From positions 1 to 51,263 of IMG/VR virus record IMGVR_UViG_3300032216_001421: DNA of 51,263 nt. One strand, 5' to 3'. Of this stretch, positions 25,188 to 34,675 are shown one piece after another; the stretch's first letter is position 1; every line of letters begins with the position of its first letter. The position numbers and the translations under genes were made by a program. The notes under the pieces were generated by a model. That model was not told where the DNA came from. It ran no database searches and saw only the letters and a program-made list of their open reading frames with translations. This DNA is from a virus. Its lineage: Duplodnaviria > Caudoviricetes.

Positions 25188-27160
25188 TTAGCCTCTCCCC
25201 AACGTTGAACGGTTTTAACATCTGCAATCAAAGGCACATCCAATAGCTGAATTCCCTCCATAGCGCTACGAATTGCTTCTGCAGTTTCTTCCGCCTTATT
25301 GTCGGGAGTAAGGGTTACAAGTTCATCGTGAACGGTTAACAGTAGTTTAGCTTCTTTAGGAATCATATCTTGGGCGCGAATCATGGCAAGTTTAATAATG
25401 TCTGCTGCTGAACCCTGAATGCGAGTGTTAAACGCCTGGCGTTCTGCCCCTGATTTGATACCAAAGTTAGACGAGTTGATATCAGGCAGATATCTACGTC
25501 GACCAAGTAGCGTTGATACATACCCTTTTTTGCGAGTGCTATTGACAACCATAATGCGATATTTATTTACGGCGTTAAATTTCTTTGAAAAGTCATTAAG
25601 AAGAGTCTTAGCTTCTGTAACGCTACATCCAATCGAAGCTGCAATCTTGTCTGGTCCTACTCCGTATGCCATAGCAAGCACAAGAACTTTACCTGCTTTA
25701 CGGTCTACCCCCATAGTCTCACCTACAGTTGTATATATGTCACTACCCTTAAGGTAGTTATCCATCATGATTGGGTCTTTAGCCATTGATGCGATTACTC
25801 TCGGCTCAATCTGTGAGTAGTCAGCAACCACAAGCTTGTATCCCTCAGGCGCGTAAAAAAGGTTACGAATAGCTTTACCATGGGCTGTATGAGGGGCTGG
25901 TACATTCTGAAGATTAGGATTACGGCTTGAAAAACGACCAGTCTCAGCACCATGCTGTACAAAATCACAGTGAATCTTGCCGTTGATAAGCAAACTTTCC
26001 TTATGCTCAACCTTAATCTTTCCTGCTGTAGTGCGTGTGACATCCCCACCTAGATAAGGAATAACATACGTAGTAAGCAATTTGTTTAAATCTGAATATT
26101 CAAGCATTGCCTTAACAAGTGGGTTGGTATCGCGGTAAGGCTCTAGCGCATCAGCAGCTACAGAGTAATCAGATAAGTCCAGGGGAACTCCGTCCATATC
26201 TTTCTGCTTGCCTTTAGGTGTAAGAATCTTAGCTTTAAGTCCTTGCCCGCCGTTTTCTTTTTTACCGTACAAGAGCTCTTGTTTTTCTGGATTGGAGTTA
26301 ATGTTAAACACTTTGCCAGCAATACGGTAAATATCAGAACGCGCTATTTCAATATCAATCTCTAGCTGTGCATGAAGCGCCTCTAACTGGTCGGTATCTA
26401 TTGGGGCACCAGCTAACTTCATATGACATAGAACTTTAAGAACACCCATCTCCAAGTTCATTACATTGGTTAGCTGTCCTTCTTCTAATTTCTTTTGTAA
26501 TACGTTTCTGTAAAGCAAAAATGTGTACTTAGCGTCAAGATATGCGTATTTGGCAACATCTTGAAAAGAATATTTCTCAACCTCTTTACCGATGCCCTTG
26601 ACCATGTGATAGCCAAACTCACGGGATAGGCAATCATCTAGACCGCATTTGTTCTTGTTTCTGTTGTCGTATAGGAACGACGCAATCATGGTGTCAAAAT
26701 ACGGGCCTTTAGGAATCTCTCCACCGTAGTACTTAGCAATAGAAGTTAAGTCAAAAACAAGGTTATGACCTACAAGTGTGCGCCCTTCTCCAAACATCAA
26801 TGGCTTTAACGCCAAAAATACTTCTGATGGCAGCAACTGTTCTGGTGGTGGACCAAATGTAACTGTAGCTTTCTTCTTGTCTTTTGAGTAGTCAGCTTCT
26901 CGTAATGATAAACCAGCGTCTAAACGCTTTTGACCTTGCCCTGTTAAAGGAAATTCTTCTGTTAAAAAATCACCGTTAGGATGACCCAAAGCAATAACAT
27001 CACCGCGTCCGTGCGTGGCTAATGAAACCCACAATACTTCGTTAACAACGGTAACTCCACGTTGTGGCCCAACAGTTTCCAAATCGTAAGCAAACGAGTC
27101 TTGTTGTAGGTAATAAGCAACCATCTCATCAAGTTGTTCTTTGGTCGTAATAATATTCAT
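25184..27160 (-). CDS. polA: Family A DNA polymerase (3'-5' exonuclease + polymerase, no 5'-3' exonuclease)
   Basis: DLET, GHNLVFD, YAYLDA, TGRFSS..PNLQN, ADYSQIE, RKAGK...YG, VHDE. Confidence 0.93.
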   Translation of the reverse strand: MNIITTKEQLDEMVAYYLQQDSFAYDLETVGPQRGVTVVNEVLWVSLATHGRGDVIALGHPNGDFLTEEFPLTGQGQKRLDAGLSLREADYSKDKKKATVTFGPPPEQLLPSEVFLALKPLMFGEGRTLVGHNLVFDLTSIAKYYGGEIPKGPYFDTMIASFLYDNRNKNKCGLDDCLSREFGYHMVKGIGKEVEKYSFQDVAKYAYLDAKYTFLLYRNVLQKKLEEGQLTNVMNLEMGVLKVLCHMKLAGAPIDTDQLEALHAQLEIDIEIARSDIYRIAGKVFNINSNPEKQELLYGKKENGGQGLKAKILTPKGKQKDMDGVPLDLSDYSVAADALEPYRDTNPLVKAMLEYSDLNKLLTTYVIPYLGGDVTRTTAGKIKVEHKESLLINGKIHCDFVQHGAETGRFSSRNPNLQNVPAPHTAHGKAIRNLFYAPEGYKLVVADYSQIEPRVIASMAKDPIMMDNYLKGSDIYTTVGETMGVDRKAGKVLVLAMAYGVGPDKIAASIGCSVTEAKTLLNDFSKKFNAVNKYRIMVVNSTRKKGYVSTLLGRRRYLPDINSSNFGIKSGAERQAFNTRIQGSAADIIKLAMIRAQDMIPKEAKLLLTVHDELVTLTPDNKAEETAEAIRSAMEGIQLLDVPLIADVKTVQRWGEAK

Positions 27161-27177
27161 GTATCCCCTTAAAAGCA

Positions 27178-27212
27178 GAAGGGCTAGGCCAAGGGGGTCA
27201 ACCTAGCCCTTC
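27178..27212 (-). terminator. Strong intergenic stem-loop (terminator or processing site)
   Basis: GAAGGGCTAGG/CCTAGCCCTTC 11-bp stem extended by G-U pairs, followed by TGCTTTT. Confidence 0.55.
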
Positions 27213-27223
27213 CACACCTGATG

Positions 27224-27883
27224 TTAGATTAAAGCGTTTGCAATCTCAGTAAGTTCATCAACTGAAAGTCGACGAAGTGATGATGATTCAAATGGAATCA
27301 TCTCTGCGATAGCAGCTTCAACCTTAGCCTCTTCAATGCCAAAATCTTCAATAAGGTCACGACCCTTAACAGGGTTAAGAGTGTAAACAGTGTGTTGCAT
27401 CTGACCGCGACGTGCAACAGCCCAATAGTTCTTAGACAATGGACCTGCAGGTGAATGGTGCGCTGCATGAAGGGACCTGAAGAATAGTGGAGACGCAACA
27501 AGTTTTGTCATTGTTGTTTCTGTAGGTGTTAAGACAGCGATAGAGAAAGCGTACTTCTTCTCGGGCTTGTGATTGAGCTTCACGCACAAAGGACAACCGC
27601 TACCAAGGCAAACGTATGAACGTTGACCTTCGGTCTTCTCTGTAAGAAAATGTTGGCTATAAATAGCGTATGGGCCGTCTGGGTCCAAGAACTTAATAAT
27701 TTGGAGTGTTTCAGAAAGCTTAAAATCTTTTGCGTATTCTTTTGGCTTTACAGCTTCTTCTGCTGCATCCCAGCCAGACTTAATTGCATCTGTGCCGTTA
27801 TCTGGGCGACCATCAACATCTGCGTTTTCCATTGAAAACTCATCTACTGCTGGCACGAACTCATCTGTAGTTTGAACTGACAT
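27224..27883 (-). CDS. Single-stranded DNA-binding protein, gp32-like
   Basis: IIKFLD, QHF, C.G.GCPLC Zn site; position beside the polymerase. Confidence 0.65.
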   Translation of the reverse strand: MSVQTTDEFVPAVDEFSMENADVDGRPDNGTDAIKSGWDAAEEAVKPKEYAKDFKLSETLQIIKFLDPDGPYAIYSQHFLTEKTEGQRSYVCLGSGCPLCVKLNHKPEKKYAFSIAVLTPTETTMTKLVASPLFFRSLHAAHHSPAGPLSKNYWAVARRGQMQHTVYTLNPVKGRDLIEDFGIEEAKVEAAIAEMIPFESSSLRRLSVDELTEIANALI

Positions 27884-27913
27884 TTGTACTGCTCCTTTTA
27901 TTTGTTTGAACTG

Positions 27914-28402
27914 CTAGTTTTGACCTGCATTATTTTCTGTTTCTGTAGCAAGGATTTGACTCCAAGCCTCGGCTATCTCAATACTGAGATGACGGTGTAC
28001 TGCCCAGTCTATACGCTTGACTTCTAAAAGTCCAGCTTTATTAAAGAGCTGTACTGCCGCTTCAATCATGGCTCGGCTATAAAGGCGTCTTCCTTTATGG
28101 TCTTCTCCATGAACATTTTTCTTAGTGGGTAGTCGGTAAGGGGCTTTAGGTAGGTAGCCTTTTTCATTCCAAACCCTTATTGAAACAAAAGGTCTTCCTA
28201 GAGCTTGAGCTAGCGCACCTACAGTGAAAAGTTCAACATCCTTTCCGTTAGGAAGTGTCTTTACCTGAGGCTTTGCATCCCATTGCTGTATCGGCACGTG
28301 TTCAACAGTTTTTGGGGCAGCACTATCGCGTCGCTTTCTTTTGCTTCCTGGATAAAAGACGTCCAAGTCTGCAAAAGCATTATCAATGTAATCGTCTGTC
28401 AT
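27914..28402 (-). CDS. MerR-like HTH DNA-binding protein
   Basis: FTVGALAQALGR..VSIRVW..KG.LP...RRLYS. Confidence 0.7.
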   Translation of the reverse strand: MTDDYIDNAFADLDVFYPGSKRKRRDSAAPKTVEHVPIQQWDAKPQVKTLPNGKDVELFTVGALAQALGRPFVSIRVWNEKGYLPKAPYRLPTKKNVHGEDHKGRRLYSRAMIEAAVQLFNKAGLLEVKRIDWAVHRHLSIEIAEAWSQILATETENNAGQN

Positions 28403-28788
28403 TCTTTAACCAAGAATGCATACGAAACTTTAAGTGGGAACATTAGTTCAATGTCCTCTTCTGTTAATTCTTTTCTATACAGTGCAGCCATAATTGCTTC
28501 TGAATCTAACGTTGGTTTATCTGGCATGCAAGTTTCTTTTAAACCCTTTTCAAGAATGATTCGTTCTGCAACTTCTGCGTCAAGTGGGTTGGATGTTTTG
28601 CGTTGTTTGGTTAGTGTGACACCATCAACATCTAAAATAAAATGACCGCTACCATTTACTTCACCTGAGGATTCAACAGCAGAAAGTAAACGTTTCTTTA
28701 GCTCTGTCTCGCGTTCTGCCATGAGCTTTAGCTCTTGCTTAAGAGCAAGGTATTGTTTTACGGTATTTTTAAGTTCGTTGTTTTCCAT
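28399..28788 (-). CDS. Hypothetical protein (N-terminal coiled coil)
   Basis: AAAGGGG RBS. Confidence 0.7.
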   Translation of the reverse strand: MENNELKNTVKQYLALKQELKLMAERETELKKRLLSAVESSGEVNGSGHFILDVDGVTLTKQRKTSNPLDAEVAERIILEKGLKETCMPDKPTLDSEAIMAALYRKELTEEDIELMFPLKVSYAFLVKE

Positions 28789-28827
28789 ATAGACCCCTTT
28801 GGTTATGGGGCTACAGTATTAAATCAA

Positions 28828-28977
28828 CTACTTGTTGTCAACTAGATACGCCTCAAGCGACTTAAGAATCACGCTTGTGACAGTTACGCCTTCTGAGAGC
28901 GCTTTTCTCTGTACAGCTTTCCATAGGTCATCTGGGACACGAATGGTGCGTGTAGGAGTCTTAGGTGCGTTAGGCAT
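28828..28977 (-). CDS. Ribbon-helix-helix DNA-binding protein, 49 aa (not in ORF track)
   Basis: MPNAPKTPTRTIRVPDDLWKAVQRKA..EG.TVTSVI..L. Confidence 0.85.
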   Translation of the reverse strand: MPNAPKTPTRTIRVPDDLWKAVQRKALSEGVTVTSVILKSLEAYLVDNK

Positions 28978-28994
28978 TGAATAATTCTACCAGT

Positions 28995-30584
28995 CTAGAC
29001 AGTGGCAAAGGTCAAGAACTGCTTGAGGCTTCCCACTGTAAGCGGTACTCCGCCCTTATCATCTATGCCTTCACCATCAATAATTGCATTAGCAACGGAT
29101 GTTTTCTGTTGTAGGGCGTCATATTGGCGTTCTTCTACTGACCCATCAACAATCAGGTCTTGAATAACAATTGTCTTCCATGTAGAAGACGCTCTCATAA
29201 TACGCCCGTTTCGTTGAGTTGCAGAGCCTGAACTCCAAGGTAAATCATAATTGATGAGGAGATTGGCAGCGGGCAAATCAACGCCGTAACCACCAGCGTC
29301 AGAAGATATAAGGACGCGAACTTCAGGTAGATTGTTAAAGGCAATTTTGTTCTCTTCCTTTGTCTTTGCGTCTAACTTACCTGAGTATAGACGGCACTGT
29401 TCAACACCTAAAGCATCGGCTATTTTGTCAAGCATGTCTACGTAAGTGGCAAAAATTACTACCTTATTCTCCTCATTTTGCTCTAAAAAGTTCTTAACAT
29501 ACTCAATAAGTGTATTTAGCTTATTAGATGAGTCAACGCTTTCTAGGGCGCCATCATTTACTAACTCGTTAGCGTAGGCAGAGCCTTCTCCACCTGTCTC
29601 TAAATACTTCTTGGCGCTGGTACGAAGCAAATCTGGATGGGAGCACAGCATCTTAAGGCAACCAATCTTAGACATAATTCTTCCGCGCATCTCATCTTCT
29701 GGTCCGCCCCTACTAGATTCAATCCCGTAATGAGCCAAAATATTAAAAGAACCACCAAACATTGCTTGAGCATCGTCTAAGTCCTGCATTAAATCTTTTT
29801 GAATACGGTTATATAGCTTTGCAGATTTTCTATCAAAAATAATTTTAATTGGGTCTTTGTGAATTGATTCTGGAAGAAATGGGGCAACATCTGGGTCTTT
29901 TTGCGCTTTACGAACTGAGGCTTCTTTCATAACTTCATGAAGTGTGGGAAGGTTGATATAACGCTCTACCCCGCCCCAGTTGTTACGCACGATAAATGTG
30001 CGGTCAAAATTCTCAAAGCTTCCAAGAACATCATTATCAACAAACTGCATAATGCTATATAACTCTTCTGGCTTACCGTTCTCAATAGGGGTTCCAGTAA
30101 GCGCAAACTTAAATGGGGCGTTAGATAACTTCTTTACTTGCTTAGACCGTTTAGAACGAAACGACTTGATAGCTGTTGCTTCATCTAGTACTACAAATCC
30201 TCGTGGGAGTTTTTTGACTTTATCCCAGTCGTTAACAACTTGCTCGTAGTTAAGGATGACGTAATCAACCTTTGAAGTGCGCCAGTCGTATGCTTTCTCG
30301 TATTGTTCTGCTCGTTTTGCTGGCGTTCCATCAACGACCAAAGCGTGCGAAGTATCATTTGTAAATTTCCTAATTTGATTTGCCCACTGGTATTTAAGTG
30401 AGGATAAACAGATTATCAAACCTGGCTCAGTAATTTGGCGTGAATCCATGAGACGTTCAACTGCTGCGATAGTCAAAACAGTTTTGCCAAGCCCCAAATC
30501 GTAGGCAACCAACATTTTCTGCCGTTCGCACATGCGGTCAACAGCTTCTGGTTGGTACGGAAGAAGTGTTCCCGTAAAAGTCAT
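28995..30584 (-). CDS. SNF2-family helicase/ATPase
   Basis: LGLGKT, LDEAT, LTGTPIEN, GYGVDL, QRNGR. Confidence 0.9.
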   Translation of the reverse strand: MTFTGTLLPYQPEAVDRMCERQKMLVAYDLGLGKTVLTIAAVERLMDSRQITEPGLIICLSSLKYQWANQIRKFTNDTSHALVVDGTPAKRAEQYEKAYDWRTSKVDYVILNYEQVVNDWDKVKKLPRGFVVLDEATAIKSFRSKRSKQVKKLSNAPFKFALTGTPIENGKPEELYSIMQFVDNDVLGSFENFDRTFIVRNNWGGVERYINLPTLHEVMKEASVRKAQKDPDVAPFLPESIHKDPIKIIFDRKSAKLYNRIQKDLMQDLDDAQAMFGGSFNILAHYGIESSRGGPEDEMRGRIMSKIGCLKMLCSHPDLLRTSAKKYLETGGEGSAYANELVNDGALESVDSSNKLNTLIEYVKNFLEQNEENKVVIFATYVDMLDKIADALGVEQCRLYSGKLDAKTKEENKIAFNNLPEVRVLISSDAGGYGVDLPAANLLINYDLPWSSGSATQRNGRIMRASSTWKTIVIQDLIVDGSVEERQYDALQQKTSVANAIIDGEGIDDKGGVPLTVGSLKQFLTFATV

Positions 30585-30588
30585 GAGG

Positions 30589-31125
30589 TTACCCTAACAG
30601 GTCCTTAATCTGATTTATAAGGGCCTGCATATCATTGTCGTTATTATTCGTAATAACGGCGTCCCAATCCCACAAATCCATATCCGTCTCTGATATATGG
30701 TTATTAACAGGTCCTACTCCAGGGCGGTTAACGCGCCAAATTTGTCCATTTTGTTTTTTAATGGCTTCTGCTTCATTTTGAAACCTAACATCGGTGATGA
30801 CTATGCGGTCTGCGGGGTTAATATTCTTTAACGCTTGTTCTACCCAAAAATCTGAACCGAACAGCTCTCGTGCTCCAACACCCAAATCTTGTAGAAGGCG
30901 TCGTGTTTCTGGAGCAATTGTCTTTGCTTCATCCCAACCACGTGAATCAACAAGGTCTTGAAGGCGAAATACTGGATGACCATCGTTGATAAACGGGTCC
31001 ATCTCGTAAAGAAGTTTACGAATGTTATCGGCAAACGCTAGACGTTCATAACGGTGCAAACCAATAAGCATTCCTGCAACAGTATCTTTTCCACTGCGAC
31101 CATATCCTGATAGGCCAATAATCAT
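30589..31125 (-). CDS. Deoxynucleoside monophosphate kinase
   Basis: GYGRSGKDT, AFAD, RRLLQ.LG, ITDVRF.NE, HISE. Confidence 0.88.
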   Translation of the reverse strand: MIIGLSGYGRSGKDTVAGMLIGLHRYERLAFADNIRKLLYEMDPFINDGHPVFRLQDLVDSRGWDEAKTIAPETRRLLQDLGVGARELFGSDFWVEQALKNINPADRIVITDVRFQNEAEAIKKQNGQIWRVNRPGVGPVNNHISETDMDLWDWDAVITNNNDNDMQALINQIKDLLG

Positions 31126-32051
31126 AAGAAAGCTCTTTTCCCGTGTATTGAATGTCGTGCATTTTCAAGGCCAAACATTATCTCAGTCTTGCTCATACCA
31201 CCCACGTCTTTCATGTCGGTATTGTCATAGTTAAAGAACCAACAGTCAAATCCCATTGCCTTTGAGTACTCAAGCAAAGCCATTGATGAGCTAAGTCCAG
31301 CTTGGTCGTTATCCATAGCAAACGTAATATGGCTTGCACCTCTAATAAGATTAATTTGGTCTTTTGATACCGCAGAACCACAGACCGCAACACCACCAAA
31401 TACACCAACAGATGCAAGGCGCGCAACATCTAACGGGGATTCAACTACAACCATGTTTGGACCTTCGTACTTTTGGTAACCAAATAATGTAGATGACTTA
31501 CTTACCTTAGGCGGGAAATTATTAAAACGGCGTTCTTTAAACCATTTTTCCTGCCAACCAATAAGCTTATTAGTGTATGGGTCTCGCATTGGCAGAATCC
31601 AACTCTCGTTAGATGCGTTCCATAAAATTTCATAGTAATCAGCTGCAATAGGAGTAATGCCACGAGACTTTAGCGCCTCTGTTGGTGGCGCTACAAATGC
31701 GCTAAGCATAGATTCAGTCATTGGTTGTACTTGCTCTTGTATAGGAGCTAACGCAGTCAGCTTTTCAAATGCTCTGGTGAGATTGCGCTCGCCACTATTA
31801 ACCCATTGCTTGGCTAATTCTGAGTTAACGCCTTGCACATATTCAACAAGTGAGTTGACGCTACCTTTAAAGTGGCATGAAAAACAATTGTGAACTCCAG
31901 TATCTGCGTTGATGTACCACGAAGGGTTGGCATCCTCCTTACCCTTACGCTCTAAATGAGCTGGACAACGAGCTTTAATTTCATCACCGTGTACTGATAT
32001 AACTTCTATGCCAAGTCTATCTAGTAGGTCTTCCATCTCTTCAACGGTCAT
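31122..32051 (-). CDS. DNA primase (CHC2 zinc finger + Toprim)
   Basis: CPAH...CFSC; VVESPLD; MDNDQAG. Confidence 0.88.
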   Translation of the reverse strand: MTVEEMEDLLDRLGIEVISVHGDEIKARCPAHLERKGKEDANPSWYINADTGVHNCFSCHFKGSVNSLVEYVQGVNSELAKQWVNSGERNLTRAFEKLTALAPIQEQVQPMTESMLSAFVAPPTEALKSRGITPIAADYYEILWNASNESWILPMRDPYTNKLIGWQEKWFKERRFNNFPPKVSKSSTLFGYQKYEGPNMVVVESPLDVARLASVGVFGGVAVCGSAVSKDQINLIRGASHITFAMDNDQAGLSSSMALLEYSKAMGFDCWFFNYDNTDMKDVGGMSKTEIMFGLENARHSIHGKRAFL

Positions 32052-33274
32052 AGGTCATTCTCATCTAGCTCTCTAAAGTCTCCTGTATTCCAATCCCACA
32101 GCATTGAAACTTCTGCTGGTCCAGAGTTACGAGAGGCAATAACTTTAAGGATACGAGTGTCATCGACGTTTTCATCTTCGCGTTGAAGACCAAATATAAC
32201 ATCCGCATCTTGGTGAAAGGAAGATGAGTAACCAATAGCATCTGTGGTTACTTGACCATTACGCATTTTGTTTTCAAGTACCTGTGTAGAGATAACGATT
32301 GGTTTATTAGTTCTCTGCGCCAAACGTTTAAGAGAACGAGTGATATTAGTAAGTGCCTGTGGGCTTCCTGGCTTCTCACCGTTCTCATCAATCATCAAAT
32401 ACATACCGTCAATAAAAACAATGTCAGGTTGGTGAATCTGAATCTTGCTTGCAACAGCGGAGACGGTGGCTCCTTCGGAAGCACCGATAAGCCAGAACTT
32501 CTCACGCATCTGACTAATGCCTTGAAGCTTTGCTTTAACGCGAGACTCTTCTTCATCAGTCAGTGCACCGCTTTGATAACGAGTGTGAGACACACGGGCT
32601 CTCATAGCAACGTAACGAGAAAGCTGTTCTTGGTTTGTCATCTCAAAAGACTGGAACATCGGTGTACTTCCTTTAAGGTGTACATTCTGTGCAATCTGTA
32701 AAGCAAGAGTTGACTTACCAGTCTTTGGTGGCGCAACAATAATTACTAGCTGACCGTTCTGCAAACCATTGGTTGCGGCATCAATTGTTGGAAATCCCGT
32801 AGGTACTCCAAGAAGTCCTGGGTTGTTCTTACGAAATAAATATTCGTCCCAAAGCTTAAGTGGGTCTTCCGTAATATCTACGTCAGTAGATTTACTTAAG
32901 CCATCTTCTTCAAGTCTGATAATTCCTTTTTGAATAGTAATGAGCGCAGATTCATGGTTACCCTGCTTCTCAATATGTTCAATTGCCTCACCAATCATGG
33001 CAACTGTGGCTGACTTGCGACGTGCTGAAATTAACCCATCGAGTAGATAGTCAATGCTGTCATTGACTTCTGTTACTCGATAGGAAGGGAAGTTCTCTGT
33101 AACAACATCGACGCTAGGGCATTCACCGTATTTAGTGAAATGAGTTTTAAGTAGCGACCAAACTTTACGGTCTTCATTATCAACAAACCATGAGTCATTG
33201 ACACCGCGTTCAAATAGCTTTGTAAGGTCACGGTCTTGAATGACCTTGCTAAGTAGCAACGTTTCTTTGTTCAT
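32048..33274 (-). CDS. dnaB: Replicative helicase, DnaB family
   Basis: PTGFPTID..TNGLQ, APPKTGKS, FIDG, QDAD, SRN. Confidence 0.9.
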   Translation of the reverse strand: MNKETLLLSKVIQDRDLTKLFERGVNDSWFVDNEDRKVWSLLKTHFTKYGECPSVDVVTENFPSYRVTEVNDSIDYLLDGLISARRKSATVAMIGEAIEHIEKQGNHESALITIQKGIIRLEEDGLSKSTDVDITEDPLKLWDEYLFRKNNPGLLGVPTGFPTIDAATNGLQNGQLVIIVAPPKTGKSTLALQIAQNVHLKGSTPMFQSFEMTNQEQLSRYVAMRARVSHTRYQSGALTDEEESRVKAKLQGISQMREKFWLIGASEGATVSAVASKIQIHQPDIVFIDGMYLMIDENGEKPGSPQALTNITRSLKRLAQRTNKPIVISTQVLENKMRNGQVTTDAIGYSSSFHQDADVIFGLQREDENVDDTRILKVIASRNSGPAEVSMLWDWNTGDFRELDENDL

Positions 33275-33678
33275 ATTTGAGTGAAGTCCAATCCCCAGTG
33301 ACCGTACCGTAGCAGGCGGGTTGGCAAATCCAAAACACCAACAACCTCTGGTCTGTAGGGAAGTTCCTGTACAAGATGTTCTATAGATTCGTAATGAGTG
33401 AAGTATCTAAAGGGGTTAGTGCCCATATGGTCAAGATGGTCAGTCAACTGTTCTAACGCAGTATCATCCATCGTAAACGAAGCTAACTCTAGAGTGTAAC
33501 CAACGTTCTGTGAAAACATGTAAAGTCGGCTAAGTAGTGTTCGGTTAATCTTCATGTCTTTTGTTGCAACAGGAAAAAACTTTAAAACTTTCTTTACTGT
33601 TACCTCAAGGTCAAGAAAAGTATCTGCGGTGACAATTACTCGCTTTGGTAGTTCGTTACTTATATCCCCCTTACGCAT
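33271..33678 (-). CDS. Hypothetical protein, possibly a degenerate HAD fold
   Basis: RVIVTADTFL N-terminal strand; alpha/beta pattern. Confidence 0.6.
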   Translation of the reverse strand: MRKGDISNELPKRVIVTADTFLDLEVTVKKVLKFFPVATKDMKINRTLLSRLYMFSQNVGYTLELASFTMDDTALEQLTDHLDHMGTNPFRYFTHYESIEHLVQELPYRPEVVGVLDLPTRLLRYGHWGLDFTQI

Positions 33679-33680
33679 TT

Positions 33681-33992
33681 TTAAACTACCTCAATCTTTC
33701 CAAATTTAATAATAAACTCTCGGTTGTCCCGTTCTGAACGTTTAGCTTTCTGAGCATCCTCTACGGTTGGCTTGGATGTCAACTCCATATGGTAAAGACC
33801 ACTGTTGGTATCTAACCGTGTTTGAACAAACTTAGAGTGCTTACAAGAATTGCGCCCTTTAAAACTTGAACAATTACAGATTGCTTTACCTGCGTAATTA
33901 ACGCCAACTTCATAAACGCTGGGTCCAGGAATTTGGTTATCAGTAAGGAAAAGTTGAACCAACCTTACATCATCATCCACAAAAGCCTCCAT
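33681..33992 (-). CDS. SWIM zinc-finger protein
   Basis: CNCSSF...CKH. Confidence 0.8.
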   Translation of the reverse strand: MEAFVDDDVRLVQLFLTDNQIPGPSVYEVGVNYAGKAICNCSSFKGRNSCKHSKFVQTRLDTNSGLYHMELTSKPTVEDAQKAKRSERDNREFIIKFGKIEVV

Positions 33993-34675
33993 TAGCGTAA
34001 ATCCTTATCGCCGTTTACTGGAATATAAACAAAAGCCTCTTTGATAAAGCTTCCTGTTGCATCACCATAAACGTCAGCCCAGTTATCGCGCTGAATATTG
34101 CTGGTGACAATCGTAGGCAATCCATTGTTGAATCGTGTTCTTAAAACGTGATGAAGCATGTTCTTTTGCCACCCTGAAAGACTGGCATGCTCTTTACCCA
34201 CATCATCAATAACAAGAACTCTGATGTTATAAGCGTCATCACTGCATTCACCCAACATACCTGCGTATAAAGTTTCTTCTGCCTCTGTGGGTTCATCCAT
34301 CAATTTACCCTTCAAATCAAGGACGCCATTAAAAGTCGTGAAATAGCAGGGACGGACAAGCACCTTGTTCTCAGAAGGGACAAATGCTTCAAGTGGAAAA
34401 CTGGTCATCATCTCTTGAATAATGGCTAGGGCAAGAGTAGTTTTTCCGCGACCTGGTTCCCCGTACAAAAGGACTCCACGACCGCATTTAGCCCCTCCAG
34501 CCTTCAAAATGTATTCACCCTTAAGAGCTAGGCCCAACCAGCCTCTAATCGGCGCTAAAGCCGAATCAGGGGCATCTGAGCAGTCATCTAAGACCCAGCC
34601 AAGACGAGCTTTAGGGATAGCAGCCGTTTGAACCCATGTACGGCGCCTAACCTTAAGAGTCGATAAATCAAACAC
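33992..34675 (-). CDS. DnaC/IstB-like AAA+ helicase loader
   Basis: GEPGRGKT, LVIDDVGKE, R...LPTIVTSN; GTG 34675 after GGAGGA. Confidence 0.85.
   Translation of the reverse strand: MFDLSTLKVRRRTWVQTAAIPKARLGWVLDDCSDAPDSALAPIRGWLGLALKGEYILKAGGAKCGRGVLLYGEPGRGKTTLALAIIQEMMTSFPLEAFVPSENKVLVRPCYFTTFNGVLDLKGKLMDEPTEAEETLYAGMLGECSDDAYNIRVLVIDDVGKEHASLSGWQKNMLHHVLRTRFNNGLPTIVTSNIQRDNWADVYGDATGSFIKEAFVYIPVNGDKDLR

Noticed and set aside
8136-33274. Inteins or introns in NrdJ, RecA, PolA, SNF2 or DnaB
   Set aside because: Lengths are ordinary; no C/S...HN splice motifs or homing endonuclease ORFs seen.
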